A program made the translations under genes and the position numbers. From Vicugna vicugna (Eukaryota), in NCBI GenBank assembly GCA_013265495.1, contig MU058636.1, forward strand, positions 6,669,741 to 6,733,740: a DNA stretch of 64,000 nucleotides, in the 5' to 3' direction. The notes beneath the pieces were generated by a model, which worked only from the letters and a program-made list of their open reading frames with translations, was not told where the DNA came from and searched no databases. This document shows positions 39,388 to 53,080 of the stretch, piece after piece. Numbering within the stretch: the stretch's first letter is position 1; each line of letters opens with the position of its first letter.

Positions 39388-39532
39388 GGAGGAGAGGGTA
39401 TAGCTCAGTGGAAGAATACAGTGCTTAGTGTGCGTGAGGTCCTGGGTTCAAGCCCTGGTACCTCTATTAAAAATAATAATAATAAATAAATGCATAAATA
39501 AGCCTAATTACCTCCCCTCAAAAAATCTTTTT
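39388..39532 (+). mobile_element. tRNA-derived SINE (Vic-1-like, camelid)
   Basis: GAGGGTATAGCTCAGTGG (A box), GGTTCAAGCCC (B box), AT-rich spacer, CCTAATTACCTCCCC; 17-bp TSD AAA(A/G)ATACT(G/A)ATATTGA (39371-39387 and 39533-39549) at a TTT/AAAAA site. Confidence 0.92.
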
Positions 39533-40697
39533 AAAGATACTAATATTGATAACCATATGAGAAATTAATCAGGTAAGATTAATTATTTGGTAGATAACTG
39601 ACAGAATATAGGTCTGTCAGCCATGGGTTGACCTGTAAGGACTCAGAACTTGGTAATTTTAGTTTACTGTTAATGCTGAGTGATAAGAATTCAAACTTTC
39701 ATTTACTGCCTTACTATGTACTGGGCATTAAACTGCTTACATGTGTTATCTCATTTAATACTTTCAGTGCTCTGAAATAAGACTGCCTGAGTTTAAGTCC
39801 TGCCTTTACTGCTTACTGTTTATCTTGTGCTTTGATATCTTCAGCAATAATATGAGAATAACAATAGTACCTGTCACATAAGAATTAATGAGAGCACAGT
39901 TTTGTACAATGACTGGTTCAGAAATGTGAATGTAGAAAAATGTAAGCTATTAATAGCTTTTAAAATCTCTTATAAAAGATTATACATAGATAGTAATGAG
40001 GGGAAGTTTTAATGAACATTTGAACTTCTAAACATAAGTGGGGTTGAACTTGAGAAAGGTCATTTTGGGAGATCATACATTTGTTTCAATGATATTGTCA
40101 TTTGTTGAAGCATTTACAATGTTTTAATACTGTGATGAATTCACAGCTAGGAGGAGTGCTTCTCTAGAAGAAAATAACTGTATTTCATAGTCATCTCTTT
40201 TTTCTTTTTTTGACTGAAAATGTACTCATTTTATTAATTGACTGCATAATTTATCATACTTGCCTCTGACTTTTTTTTGCATATTTGTAAGCTATTTTCA
40301 AAGATAAAGTAGAATTAGAGAGCAAGTTGTTTTTGAGAACATTTACCATATAAATGATTTCCATATTTGTAAATTTCAGGTGGTCATTGAAGGACTATTA
40401 CTTGGTAGGCTTTTGTTGCTCATTAGTTTGTTTTTATGTATTTATGATATTTTAAATTGAAATTTTAAAAGATTCTCTAGTCTTCTGTTTTCCCAATTTA
40501 AATTCCTTCTTTTAGTTGTTCGACATGTTTTATACTTTAGTCTTTATTTAGTACATGTAATATCCCTTCTACTATATAGGGGAATAAGTTTTATTTTTAT
40601 AATTATGTTTTTTTATATTATCATATAATAATAATAATTTTAGATATATTGTTTTTTATATTAGAGGGTATTATACTATTGTCAGTTTTCTTTACAG

Positions 40698-40824
40698 TTT
40701 TCGTACTAGCAAAGGAGTTGGTTACTCTGCTCATTTCGTTGGCAATTGTCTGATAGTCACATCATTGAAGTCCAAAGGAAAAGGTTTTCAGCACTGTGTG
40801 AAATATGATTTTCAACCACGCAAG
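40698..40824 (+). CDS. NBEA: Neurobeachin coding exon (exon 6), 127 bp
   Basis: ttacag|TTTTCGT...CGCAAG|gtaggt; [42 protein letters not shown]; phase 2 to 0. Confidence 0.97.
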
Positions 40825-43189
40825 GTAGGTATAAGTAAATATATGTATTGAGAATGACACAATTCACCATTCCCATTGTCTTAAAACTCACTTGTTATGA
40901 CTTCTGTAATACTCTCTTTTATTGGTTTGTCATGACTGCTAATTTTTTTCTCTTATCTTTGTCTGCATTTTCTTTCTACTTTATGCCTAACTTTTGACGT
41001 AAAAAGCTCAGAACCTTTTGCAATTTCTGTTTCTCTCACTCTCTCATTCTCTCTTTTGCTGTGATCTGTTCTATGGCATTCTTCCAGTAAGCACTTAATG
41101 CATATTTACTGACTGCCAGAAACTGTTGGAGGCACAGGAGATACGACAGTGAACTAAGCAGGCAACATCCTTGCTTTTGTGGACCTTGTATTTTTTCAGA
41201 AATTTTATTCAGTTTCCTGATAGCTTTCCACTCTTAGTCTTATCCCTAGAGCTTTATTTTTCTCACATCCGTATGAGATACTGCTTTTGTGGGTGTCTTT
41301 CTGGCCTCTCAACCACAGAATGTATAACACTGAATTTTCTATCCCAGTCCCATATCCATTCATATTCTTAAGTCTTCTGTTTTGATTAAGATGCTGCCAT
41401 CTTCCTAGTAGTGGGCACTTGAGTCAGCTTTGTTCTTCAGCCCCTTTTGGATCTTTATATCAGACAGATAAATTTCAAGTCCTATACTTTTATCTCTAAT
41501 ATATAGTTGTCGCCTTTGTAGAATTCTTACTGCTTAAATTCTTCATGTTGCCCTCATTTTATCTTGGATTCTCTGTCTACTCCTCTTCCAAACTATTTTG
41601 TATACTAATACCTGATTTATTTTCCTGATCATGTTATTTCACTGCTCAAATCAATTATTTATGTCTTACTAACTACAGAATAAATGAAAAAATTTAACCT
41701 AGTCCTTCGTGATTTGGATTTTATTTTTAGCTTTTCACTGAAATCTTTATTTTGGCAAAACTGAACTAGTAAGACATGATTCACTTTTTTTTTTTTATCT
41801 CTTCCTTTTCAAATGTTTGATCTCTGGCATGAAATCGTTTACTTGTCCTCTTACAGCTCTGGATCTTTAAATCCCACCCCACTGTCATGTTCCATTTCAT
41901 ATACAGTTTCTATGGAATCTCTCCCTGATTTGCCTTGCTTTGCTCCCCATATAGTCTTTCTTACAGCATAGTATTTCAGTATTTCTAATGGCAGTTATTT
42001 CTTTTAAACCTTTATTATTCATTTGGATGTGCATTATTGAGTAACTGTTGAGATTTCTACTTCTTTTTTTCTCCCTCCTCCACTTTTCTTGTTCTTTCTC
42101 CCCCTTCTTCCTCTAACCTTATTTAGTTTAGGTAAGAACCAGTTTTTAGACTAGATTTGCAGACTTTAGAGTATTTGATTTGTGTATGTGTGTGTATGTT
42201 GTGCACTATGGATTTACAGATACTTAACTCTTTTTATAAGTTAAATGGAGGTTTAAACCTTCAGATTTGTTGATACAGAGAGACATTCCTTAAGGAGATT
42301 CAGCTAGTCCTAGTAGTCTTGAATCTTGTTTCCTGATTCTGAAGGTTTCACTAGATTCTGCTTCTTCAATAATGCTGGCTTCAAGGAGAGGGATGTTGCT
42401 CTACTGATAATGTTTAGACCCATGAAATATACCTTTGCTTAATATCTATTTGAATATGGATATTCAGAGACCAAGTTGAAACCTACGTTTAAAAGTTCAG
42501 CTCAAAAGATAAAGAATAACAAGAAAAACCAGAAAACATGCAACTATATCAGTAGATATATAGATATAATTTACTTATTATCTGCTGGGGTTTACTTGAA
42601 AGATGTTTCTGCCTGTTTACCGAACTCGATCTTTGTGTCAAGAGTAACCATCCATTTGAAAGAACAAGGGACAGAAGTATAGTTGTTATTTCCACACGTT
42701 TAAGGCCTAGTCCCCCTGCTCCACTTCCAGATTCAAGAGTCTTTCTTAGGAATATGACAGTGAGATTGTCCACCTTCTTCAGGGCATACCTTGACTCGTA
42801 TCCACAAGAGTATTTATCCACAGGAACAGTCCTAACAGGTTTGATGAGCCCACAGGAGGTAGAGAGAATGGCTTCATTTCTTTTTCTTTTTTTCTTTCTT
42901 TTTCATATATTTTCTTGTTTGCTTATGATCCCATGTGCCAGAAACTGAAGAAAGTATTATTTTGGATGGAGTTGTTAAATATCTGTTTTTATTTTTACAT
43001 GAGTCTAATAAAATATTTCCTTATGTGAGGGATAGTTTAATAATTATTTATGTTAAAGAATGTCAATTTAACAATAATTCGTTAATACGTACTTAGAGAA
43101 TAGCTATATTAGTACTGTATTTCTATATTAGTACTTCCAGTCAGTTCTGTTAATTAGTTCCTGCCCACCCCCCCCTTTTTAAATTACCA

Positions 43190-43853
43190 ATGCCTTTTTA
43201 GTTTAGGCTTCTATGGTTTTCTTACCTGGACTGTTGCAGTAGTTTTCCCGTTTATTTTCATCCACACTTGCCTAACTATCCTACTTCCACTGCTGCCAGT
43301 TATTTTCCTAAATTATAGAGATGACCATTTCACTTTCCTGTTCAAAATTCTTTAGTGATGCATAATATATTTGTATAATGTATTATGCAAAAATAAAGGC
43401 CGATTACAAAATGTGTCCTGTCGGTCTCTTTAAGAACTAGTCTTTGTCTGTTTTCCCACTAAACCTGAACACTGAGAAAAGTTTTGCCAAACTGCTGTGT
43501 TCCATGTACCATAATAAGAGTCCTCTGCCTGGAATGTTTCTTTCCCCCTTGTTTATTCAACAGTTCTATTCATCCTTCAAGCTTAGTCTAAGCTTTATTT
43601 TACTCTTTTAGTGAACTCTTGTTAGCCATCCTTCTGAAATTGTCCTTCCTTTCCCCTACCTTCAGTTAGTCATTACTCCTTTTGCTCCTGTGTCTGTAAT
43701 TCAGATGTTATCCATTGTTTTATAATTGTTTTCATGTTTGTTTCTCTAATGAAACCTTGCGGGTGTATATGTTATATTTCTTTATATGCCTACAGTTTGA
43801 GGAATACTTGTCATGAAGTAGGTGCACAGTAAATTTTTTGAATGAATAAATGA
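43190..43853 (+). mobile_element. L2 3' fragment
   Basis: Pyrimidine-rich body, CTCTGCCTGGAATG, ending GTAGGTGCACAGTAAATTTTTTGAATGAATAAATGA. Confidence 0.7.
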
Positions 43854-45671
43854 CTTTCAAGAGTAAATAATATCAATTTAGCAGAAAAAAAATCTCATGA
43901 TGAAGTAGTAGATAAAAAATAAACAGGAATTTAGTTCATGGTATCTTATTTATGAGTATCAAGTACGTTTTAGGGACAGTTCTTCATAGTTTTCATACAT
44001 TATTTATTATCTTAAAATTGTTTTGGGGCAACAGAAAATCCCTCTCTTTATATAGACATATATTTATGTCTGTTCTATTTAGAAATTTAAAATTTAAATA
44101 TAACATTTATATTATATATAATATATGAAGATATATATAATTTATACAAAATATAAAGATTTTATCTCCTGTGTTATCCAGATGATATTTCTGGTTAAAA
44201 ATTTTCAAACTCAATGAAGGTTATATGGATAAATTTTAATTCTTACACATGCAATTTGTAAGATTTTTCTTAAATTTATTTGAAGCTCAGATTTTATGGC
44301 TTCTTCTTGATGATTTTATAATGTTTAGAAACATGAGTTGTTAAATGACTAAAGTTTTTTTCTGATTTTAATCAGAGTTAACATATATGTTACTTTCTGA
44401 TCAGGAAAAAGCCTCAGTTTGCAATAAATTAAAGATGATCCAGAATAAAACAACTTTATAAAAAGACATGTGTTTTAGGGGGGTTTTAAAAGATTTGACC
44501 TGACTTTTTTTGTAATTGAGGAAGAGTGTAATTTTGTATTACTGTCTTCTATGAGTTATTCAGTGTGCTATTTTTATTTTCTAAATCAAAATGCATGAAA
44601 TTGAATTTTGTTCAAAGTATTTCAAATATCTTGAAATAAGTAATGTTTTAGTAGTTGAGAATTACTATTATGGCTTTATGTTTTGCAAAATATGTATGAA
44701 ATAATTGAATAGTGCTTTTAAGTAATCTGGAGAACAAAAAGTTTGAATTTTATATTTTTATGTTTTGTTGGAAAGCTAGTATAATTCCTCTCCAACTGCA
44801 TAATTGTTTAAGTATCTATAAGTCATTTGTATTTTTCTATATTTTAGAAATAATATTTCTATATTCTCTGCATTAGGCTGTTAACTCTAAAGAGACTAAA
44901 GATTGGATCCACAAATTATTATAGAACTTAAATCATTTCATATCAAAATAGACTTTAAAATGCTTTTTTATTGACACTAGTAACTGTAAAATTAGAGTTC
45001 AGTATAAACTCACTCCTTATTTCTTAATTAATAGTCATACATTATTAACTTAAAATGTATAATTATTCCTGGATTTAATAATTCTAAATTGTGGGGTTTA
45101 AATTATCTAAATCTTAGAAATGTTAAAATGTTCCTTTGACAGCTCTCTCCTGATCGACCATGCAATACAAAGAATCCTAGGTTATTCTTTCTCAGTTTAA
45201 ACTGTTCTTTCTTCCCCCACAGTAATCACCAGGATTTATACTTCTGTATTTGTTTACTTGTCTAATGTATGGCTCTTCAACTGCTCCATAAATTCCAGGA
45301 GAGCTGGACCTTATAGTCTGTCTGTCAAAGCTGGGTGTTTGCAGTGCCTGGTGCAGTGTTAATGTTATTAAATGAATAAGCACAAATGCAATTGTATTTT
45401 CACAATTTTTGGATCTTCATAGAATGGAAGAAATATTATTCCAATGTTCAAAGGGTCCTTGCTCTCTCTCCATCACAAATTTGTTCTTTATGAGTCATTT
45501 CTTTCATCTCTAAAATGAGAAATGGAAGAGGGAATTTGAAGAAATGGTAGTGGATGATCATTAATATTCCTTCAAGCAATTTTTTATAGTGTAGTGTAAA
45601 TGTTATGATTACTTTTTAGACAGTAATGATTAAACATTACATATTGATACTCCAATTTTTTTTCATTTTAG

Positions 45672-45791
45672 TGGTATATGATCAGCATTGTCCACATTTA
45701 CAATCGATGGAGGAACAGTGAAATTCGGTGTTATGTTAATGGACAGCTGGTATCCTATGGTGATATGGCTTGGCATGTTAACACAAATGAT
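45672..45791 (+). CDS. NBEA: Neurobeachin coding exon (exon 7), 120 bp
   Basis: ttttag|TGGTAT...AATGAT|gtaagt; [40 protein letters not shown]; phase 0 to 0. Confidence 0.97.
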
Positions 45792-47015
45792 GTAAGTTTT
45801 TATTTCTCTGTGTTTTCATGTATTTGAATGTTTATAACATGAATTGAATAATAGTTTGGTAGAAAGGTAATAGTTTTACTTCAGAAGTATTTTTCTATTA
45901 AGTGAATTTTTAAGTCTTAATTTAGTATAATTAAATTGCTGAAAGACATGATTAATGATGCAAAAAAATAAAATTGCTTGGCCAAATTATTAAGTATTAG
46001 GTCAAACATATATCTATGCAATATTCTGTTATTTTCAGAATTTCAGGCATTGAAAGATGTGTCTTATGCCTTATTTTGATGTTAAGGAAGACCTTAAACA
46101 GAATAAACAAGTGTAACATGTTCCTATCATTTATAAGATAAATGGTAATAAATATCATGGGGAAAAATTAAGTGGGAACATGTATAAAGACTGTAGATGT
46201 GGAAAGGGAGAAGCTAGATGGTCTAGAGATGGTCTTAGTGAGAAGAGTGGAGGGAGAAAGGCATGTGGAGAAAAATTCCCATTCAGTGGAAACAGTGAGT
46301 GCAGAGGCTTTGAGGCAGAACTGAAAAGTTCATTGAATAACAAAGCAGCCAGTTTGTGTAGAACAGAGGGAGGGAGGAGAGAATGATGTTAAATGATGAG
46401 GTTAGCCAGACAGGAGAAGGGCAAATCATTTAGGGCGTTATGTGCAGAGATAAGGCCTGAATTTTTTTCTTACCCAACATAAAAATCTTTGGAAAGTTTT
46501 AAAGCAGACAAGTGACATGATGCTGGCTAATATTTTAAAAACATCATTCAGGCTACAGTACTGAGATTATTTTGAAGGGAAATAATGACAGATGCAGGGA
46601 CATAAGTTACATAAATTATTGTGATAATAACAAAGTGATAATATTAGTTTCAACCAGCATGTTAGCTGTGGAGGAGGTAGCACAGTTGGATTCTAGACAG
46701 AGGATGTCTAGAGTTAAAACCTCAAGAGCTCTTATTTCTCTGTTTTGGGCCTTTCCTTGTCTCCATCCTGGCCTGTTAGAGACAAAGTAAGGGATATGTT
46801 CTAATAGCCAAAGGACTTCCAAGCCCAGGTATTATTACAACCCTACCGGCACGTATGGTTTTATAAAAACTTGCATCTTTTTAACAAAATTCACTTCCCA
46901 AGATTGCTCTCATTTTTCTAGACTTCAGTCTCCTTAGAGTGGGAGATTGGGTCTTGTTCTATCTTGCATTCTCCTAAATAGCAAGTGTGCGTAGTCCATA
47001 GTTTGTTCCGCAGCT

Positions 47016-47248
47016 CAGGAGTTGGCGAACTGTACCCAATGGGCCGAATCTGACCCTTGGTATCTTTTTGATTGACCTAGGAACCAAGAATCTTGGTTTT
47101 TATATTTTTGAATTTTTTTTTAAAGACTCAAACAAGCAAAAACAAACAAAAATCAAAGAAGAATCTGTGACAGAAACCAGATGTGGATTGCAGAGCTTGA
47201 AATACTTACTATCTATTCCTTTACAGGAAAAGCTTGCTTGTTATTTCC
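47016..47248. mobile_element. MER58-like hAT MITE
   Basis: CAGGAGTTGGCGAACT...GGGCCGAATCTGACCC...CCTTTACAGGAAAAGCTTGC. Confidence 0.65.
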
Positions 47249-48299
47249 TAAAAACTCATAGTTGGGTCACAGTCAGTAAATATTTCTGAGAATGATTTTG
47301 TCAGAATTAGAATATTCAGATGAAATTCTGTTTTATATTTGCCCTCCAAAGAGATCAGTCTTTTTTATTATAGAATTATTTTGTTGACTGTCACTGACTC
47401 TATAGTCATATTTAAAAAAAAAAAGGAAGAAAAGACTTAGATTTTTGAATTATTTGCAATAGTATTCCAAGAAATGGAGAGGCCTGGACAGTAACACATA
47501 TGTGCATGTACATTATGCAGTCTTGAGTTCCTGTACTTTTAATTAAAGATGAGGTATTTTATGAGGACTTTCTTTCTTCGTACCTCATTCACAATTACTT
47601 ATGATTCAGGTATAGAATATGAGGATGGGAGAAGGAAACTGGACAGTGACTATTTTCACTGGTCTGGTTAGGTGGAGCCAAGTATTAGGTGTGATTTAAG
47701 AAGTGATTTAAGAGTCTTGTCAAATGTGACTTCTTAGGTGCTGAACTCCCCAGATGGAGAGCACTATAGTGAGCAAATTTTGGTGGTTATTGTTTACTTG
47801 ATTCTGCATAATGCGTACTCATGTAAGAGTGAAATAGAGAAATAGAGAAATACATCCCTAGTGGAGAAATTAGGTAAAATATAAAAATTCAGTCCTATGT
47901 ATTTACGGTTAAAATTTAAAATAGTCATTCTCTTGATTCAGGTAACTATGTATGGACAATTGAAATCATAACGGTTTTAAAATTACTTCTACGTTTGTAA
48001 ATAATTAGTTATAAGCCCTTTTGCTTTTAGCTGTAGAATTTAGAAAGCTGGTTAAGTGATTGTTGAGTCAATGGTTATTGTTTGTTTGCTTCCCCTGAAA
48101 TATGAAACATTTGACTGATTAACTTTTCCTATAAAAACTTTAGTTGGCTTTTATTAAATACTCCAGAGTCTTAACTGTTACTTTATTCTGATATTATTGT
48201 TATGCTTTATGGTATTCCTGACAATGAAGGCAGGTATCCTTAAGTATTTTGCCATTACAAAATAAAACATTTGATTTTTTTATGACTTTTTAAAAATAG

Positions 48300-48446
48300 A
48301 GCTATGACAAGTGCTTTCTCGGATCTTCAGAAACTGCCGATGCAAATAGGGTATTCTGTGGTCAGCTTGGTGCCGTGTATGTGTTCAGCGAAGCCCTCAA
48401 CCCTGCACAGATATTTGCAATTCATCAGTTAGGACCTGGATATAAG
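48300..48446 (+). CDS. NBEA: Neurobeachin coding exon (exon 8), 147 bp
   Basis: aaatag|AGCTAT...TATAAG|gtagta; SYDKCFLGSSETADANRVFCGQLGAVYVFSEALNPAQIFAIHQLGPGYK; phase 0 to 0. The next exon was not found in the window. Confidence 0.97.
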
Positions 48447-48945
48447 GTAGTAAAACCATTTTATTATAAATTCTATGGAAAGTTTTAGATAAGAAAAGTG
48501 ATATGATAGAATATATAGTGATTTTCTTTCTTTACTGTGGTTTAAAAGTCATTCCTGTATTTTAGAGCTGAGTTAATATGTTTCAGCTTTTTCTCTTTTT
48601 AACTATTTTCCCTTCACGAACTTTTTTTCTATTCTTTAGAATGTTTTCTCATGTTGAAGCTGTAGCTTTTGTTGACATGGTTCTGAAATAATAAATTTTA
48701 TAAAACCCTATTACTTAATGTGATCCTTGAAATCTCAAATTTTGAAATTTATAAACTCTATTATGAACAAATGAAATGTTAGAGATAACCCAAAAAGAAT
48801 AGTTAATGATTCAGAAGAAAAATGATACAAAATATTATATGTAGCTGAAATTATTCAGTTTTATATCCTACTTTTGTTTGTCCTTTGCTATGGCAAGGAA
48901 TTGGGTACAGGAGTGACTTTTTTTAAGCAAGAAATTACATTTACA

Positions 48946-48962
48946 CAGATGAATTAGTTTTT
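48946..48962. repeat. Target-site duplication of the full-length L1 (left copy)
   Basis: CAGATGAATTAGTTTTT, identical to 56098-56114. Confidence 0.95.
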
Positions 48963-49282
48963 TTTAACTTTTTTTATTGATTTATAATCATTTTACAATG
49001 TTGTGTCAAATTCCAGTGTTCAGCACAATTTTTCAGTCATTCATGGACATATACACACTCATTGTCACATTTTTTTCTCTGTGATTTATCATAACATTTT
49101 GTGTATATTTCCCTGTGCTATACAGTGTAATCTTGTTTATCTATTCTACAATTTTGAAATCCCAGTCTATCCCTTCCCACTCTCTACCCCCCTGGTAACC
49201 ACAAGTCTGTATTCTCTGTCCATGAGTCTATTTCTGTCCTGTATTTATGCTTTGTTTTTGTTTGTTTGTTTGTTTTTGTTTT

Positions 49283-52200
49283 TTAGATTCCACATATGAG
49301 CGATCTCATATGGTATTTTTCTTTCTCTTTCTGGCTTACTTCACTTAGAATGACATTCTCTAGGAGCATCCATGTTGCTGCAAATGGCATTATGTTGTCG
49401 GTTTTTATGGCTGAGTAGTATTCCATTGTATAAATATACCACATCTTCTTTATCCAGTCACCTGTTGATGGACATTTAGGCTGTTTCCATGTTTTGGCTA
49501 TTGTAAATAGTGCTGCTATGAACATTGGGGTGCAGGTGTCATCCTGAAGTAGATTTCCTTCTGGATACAAGCCCAGGAGTGGGATTCCTGGGTCATATGG
49601 TAAGTCTATTCCTAGTCTTTTGAGGAATCTCCACACTGTTTTCCATAGTGGCTGCACCAAACTGCATTCCCACCAGCAGTGTAGGAGGGTTCCCCTTTCT
49701 CCACAGCCTCTCCAGCATTTGTCATTTTTGGATTTTTGAATGACGGCCATTCTGACTGGTGTGAGGTGATACCTCATTGTAGTTTTGATTTGCATTTCTC
49801 TGATAATTAGTGATATTGAACATTTTTTCATGTGCTTTTTGATCATTTGTATGTCTTCCTTGGAGAATTGCTTGTTTAGGTCTTCTGCCCATTTTTGGAT
49901 TGGGTTGTTTATTTTTTTCTTATTGAGTCGTATGAGCTGCTTATATATTTTGGAGATCAAGCCTTTGTCGGTTTCACTTGCAAAAATTTTCTCCCATTCC
50001 GTAGGTTTTCTTCTTGTTTTATTTCTGGTTTCCTTTGCTCTGCAGAAGCTTGTAAGTTTCATTAGGTCCCATTTGTTTATTCTTGCTTTTATTTCTTCTA
50101 GGAGAAAATTTTTGAAATGTATGTCAGATAATGTTTTGCCTATGTTTTCCTCTAGGAGGTTTATTGTATCTTGTCTTATGTTTAAGTCTTTAATCCATTT
50201 TGAGTTGATTTTTGTATATGGTGTAAGGGTGTGTTCTAGCTTCATTGTTTTACATGCTGCTGTCCAGTTTTCCCAACACCATTTGCTGAAGAGACTGTCT
50301 TTATTCCATTGTATATTCTTGCCTCCTTTGTCGAAGATGAGTTGACCAAAAGTTTGTGGGTTCATTTCTGGGCTCTCTATTCTGTTCCATTGGTCTATAT
50401 GTCTGTTTTGGTACCAATACCATGCTGTCTTGATGACTGTAGCTCTATAGTATTGTCTGAAGTCTGGGAGAGTTATTCCTCCAGCCTCTTTCTTTCTCTT
50501 CAGTAATGCTTTAGCAATTCTAGGTCTTTGATGGTTCCATATAAATTTTATTATGATTTGTTCTAGTTCTGTGAAATATGTCCTGGGTAATTGGATAGGG
50601 ATTGCATTAAATCTGTAGATTGCCTTGGGCAGTGTGACCATTTTAACAATATTGATTCTTCCAATCCAAGAGCATGGAATATCTTTCCATTTTTTAAAGT
50701 CTTCTTTAATTTCCTTCATCAATGGTTTATAGTTTTCTGTGTATAATTCTTTCACCTCCTTGGTTAGATTTATTCCCAGATATTTTATTACTTTGGGTGC
50801 TATTTTAAAGGGGATTGTTTCTTTACTTTCTTTTTCTGTTGATTTATCGTTAGTGTAAAGAAAGGCAACTGATTTTTGAACATTAATTTTGTAACCTGCT
50901 ACCTTGCTGAATTCTTCGATCAGCTCTAGTAGCTTTTTTGTGGACCTTTTAGGGTTTTCTATATATAGTAACATGTCGTCAGCATATAATGACACTTTTA
51001 CCTCTTCTTTTCCAATTTGGATCCCTTTTATTTCTTTCTCTTGCCTGATTGCTGTGGCTAGGACTTCCAGGACTATATTGAATAGGAGTGGTGATAGTGG
51101 GCATCCTTGTCTTGTCCCAGATTTTAGTGGGAAGCTTTTGAGTTTTTCACCGTTGAGAACTATGCTGGCTATAGGTTTGTCATATATAGCTTTTATTATG
51201 TTGAGATATGTTCCCTCTATACCCACTTTGGCGAGAGTTTTTATCATAAATGGGTGTTGAATTTTATCAAATGCTTTTTCTGCATCGATTGAGATGATCA
51301 TGTGGTTTTTGTCCTTTCTCTTGTTGATGTGATGTATTACATTGATTGATTTGCGTATGTTGAACCAGCCTTGTGTCCCTGGGATGAACCCCACTTGGTC
51401 ATGATGTATAATCTTTTTTATGTGTTGTTGGATTCTATTTGCTAAAATTTTGGTGAGGATTTTGGCGTCTATGTTCATCAGTGATATTGGCCTATAATTC
51501 TCTTTTTTTGTAGTGTCTTTGCCTGGTTTTGGTATCAGGGTGATGGTGGCTTCATAGAATGAGTTTGGGAGTATTCCCTCCTTTTCAATCGTCTGGAAGA
51601 GTTTGAGAAGGACTGGTATGAGTTCTTCTTTGTATGTTTGGTAGAATTCCCCGGTGAAGCCGTCCGGTCCTGGACTTTTATTTGTAGGGAGGTTTTTAAT
51701 TGCTATTTCTATTTCCTTTCTAGTGATCGGATTGTTCAAGTGTTCAGTTTCTTCTTGATTCAGTTTTGGTGGACAGTATGTTTCCAGAAACTTGTCCATC
51801 TCCTCTAGGTTATCCAGTTTGGTTCCATATAGTTTTTCATAATATTCTCGTATGATATTCTGTATTTCTATTTTGTTTGTTGTAATTTCTCCATTTTCCT
51901 TTCTTATTTTGCTAATTTGTGCTCTCTCTTTTTTCTTCTTTGTGAGTTTGGCCAGAGGTTTGTCGATTTTATTTACTTTTTCAAAAAACCAGCTTTTGGT
52001 TTGGTTGATTTTTTCTATGGTCTTGTTAATCTCTATTGTATTTAATTCCTCTCTGATCTTTATTATTTCCTTCCTTCTGCTGCTTTTTGGGGCTTTTTGT
52101 TCTTCTTTTTCTAATTGATTCAGGTGGTGGGTTAACTTGTTTATTTGAGATTGTTCTTCTTTTTTGAGGAAGGCCTGTATCGCTATAAACTTCCCTCTTA

Positions 52201-53080
52201 GCACTGCCTTTGCTGTGTCCCATAGGTTTTGAGTGGTTGTGCTTTCATTATCATTTGTCTCAAGGTATTTTTTAATTTCAGCTTTGATTTCCTCATTGAT
52301 CCATTGTTTTTTCAATAACATATTGTTTAATCTCCATGCTTTTCTTTTTTTCTCCTTTGTTTCTCTGTTGTTGATTTCCAGTTTCATGGCATTGTGGTCA
52401 GTAAAGATGCTTGAGATAATTTCTATCTTCTTAAATTTGTTGAGGTTTCTTTTGTGTCCAAGTACATGATCGATCCTGGAAAATGTTCCATGTGCACTTG
52501 AAAAGAATGTATATTCTATTTTTTGGGGGTGTAATGCTCTGAAAATATCCACCAAATCTAGTTTTTCTATTGTAGTATTTAATTTCTCTGTTGCCTTGTT
52601 TATTTTCTGTCTGGAAGATCTGTCTAGTGATGTTAATGCAGTGTTAAAATCTCCAACTATGATTGTATTCCCATCAATATCCCCCTTTATCTCTGTTAGT
52701 AATTCTTGTATGTACTTAGGTGCTCCTATATTGGGTGCATATATATTAACGAGTGTAATATCTTCATCTTGTATCACTCCTTTAATCATTATAAAATGTC
52801 CTTCTTTATCTTTCTTTATGGCCTTTGTTTTAAAGTCTATTTTGTCTGAAATCAGTACTGCAACACCTGCTTTTTTGGCTTTTCCATTTGCATGGAATAT
52901 CCTTTTCCATCCTTTCACTCTCAATCTATATGTGTCCTTCTCCCTAAAGTGGGTCTCTTGTATGCAGCATATTGAAGGTTCTTGCTTTATTATCCAGTCT
53001 GCCACTCTATGTCTTTTGACTGGAGCATTTAGTCCATTAACATTTACAGTAATTAATGATAGATGTGTGTTTATTGCCAT
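49283..53080 (-). CDS. L1 ORF2p (APE endonuclease, reverse transcriptase, CCHC C-terminus), 1265 aa
   Basis: NVNGLN, IQETH, NIYAPN, GDFNT, SRIDH, TDHN; PIP-box-like [45 protein letters not shown]; uninterrupted. Confidence 0.98.
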   Translation of the reverse strand: MAINTHLSLITVNVNGLNAPVKRHRVADWIIKQEPSICCIQETHFREKDTYRLRVKGWKRIFHANGKAKKAGVAVLISDKIDFKTKAIKKDKEGHFIMIKGVIQDEDITLVNIYAPNIGAPKYIQELLTEIKGDIDGNTIIVGDFNTALTSLDRSSRQKINKATEKLNTTIEKLDLVDIFRALHPQKIEYTFFSSAHGTFSRIDHVLGHKRNLNKFKKIEIISSIFTDHNAMKLEINNRETKEKKRKAWRLNNMLLKKQWINEEIKAEIKKYLETNDNESTTTQNLWDTAKAVLRGKFIAIQAFLKKEEQSQINKLTHHLNQLEKEEQKAPKSSRRKEIIKIREELNTIEINKTIEKINQTKSWFFEKVNKIDKPLAKLTKKKKERAQISKIRKENGEITTNKIEIQNIIREYYEKLYGTKLDNLEEMDKFLETYCPPKLNQEETEHLNNPITRKEIEIAIKNLPTNKSPGPDGFTGEFYQTYKEELIPVLLKLFQTIEKEGILPNSFYEATITLIPKPGKDTTKKENYRPISLMNIDAKILTKILANRIQQHIKKIIHHDQVGFIPGTQGWFNIRKSINVIHHINKRKDKNHMIISIDAEKAFDKIQHPFMIKTLAKVGIEGTYLNIIKAIYDKPIASIVLNGEKLKSFPLKSGTRQGCPLSPLLFNIVLEVLATAIRQEKEIKGIQIGKEEVKVSLYADDMLLYIENPKRSTKKLLELIEEFSKVAGYKINVQKSVAFLYTNDKSTEKESKETIPFKIAPKVIKYLGINLTKEVKELYTENYKPLMKEIKEDFKKWKDIPCSWIGRINIVKMVTLPKAIYRFNAIPIQLPRTYFTELEQIIIKFIWNHQRPRIAKALLKRKKEAGGITLPDFRQYYRATVIKTAWYWYQNRHIDQWNRIESPEMNPQTFGQLIFDKGGKNIQWNKDSLFSKWCWENWTAACKTMKLEHTLTPYTKINSKWIKDLNIRQDTINLLEENIGKTLSDIHFKNFLLEEIKARINKWDLMKLTSFCRAKETRNKTRRKPTEWEKIFASETDKGLISKIYKQLIRLNKKKINNPIQKWAEDLNKQFSKEDIQMIKKHMKKCSISLIIREMQIKTTMRYHLTPVRMAVIQKSKNDKCWRGCGERGTLLHCWWECSLVQPLWKTVWRFLKRLGIDLPYDPGIPLLGLYPEGNLLQDDTCTPMFIAALFTIAKTWKQPKCPSTGDWIKKMWYIYTMEYYSAIKTDNIMPFAATWMLLENVILSEVSQKEKEKYHMRSLICGI

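Noticed and set aside
39388..39470. tRNA gene (also 24540-24615)
   Set aside because: A and B boxes are present, but the cloverleaf is degenerate, and a SINE tail and TSDs follow.
29938..48446. Assignment to the paralog LRBA or to a pseudogene
   Set aside because: Residues such as GGEFD, QDAESITCMTELLEH and GCSAA match NBEA as I recall it; all exons are open, in phase and intron-separated.
50091..50100. TTCTA microhomology-mediated origin of the ORF2 deletion
   Set aside because: That mechanism would remove 21 bp; the observed deletion is 18 bp.
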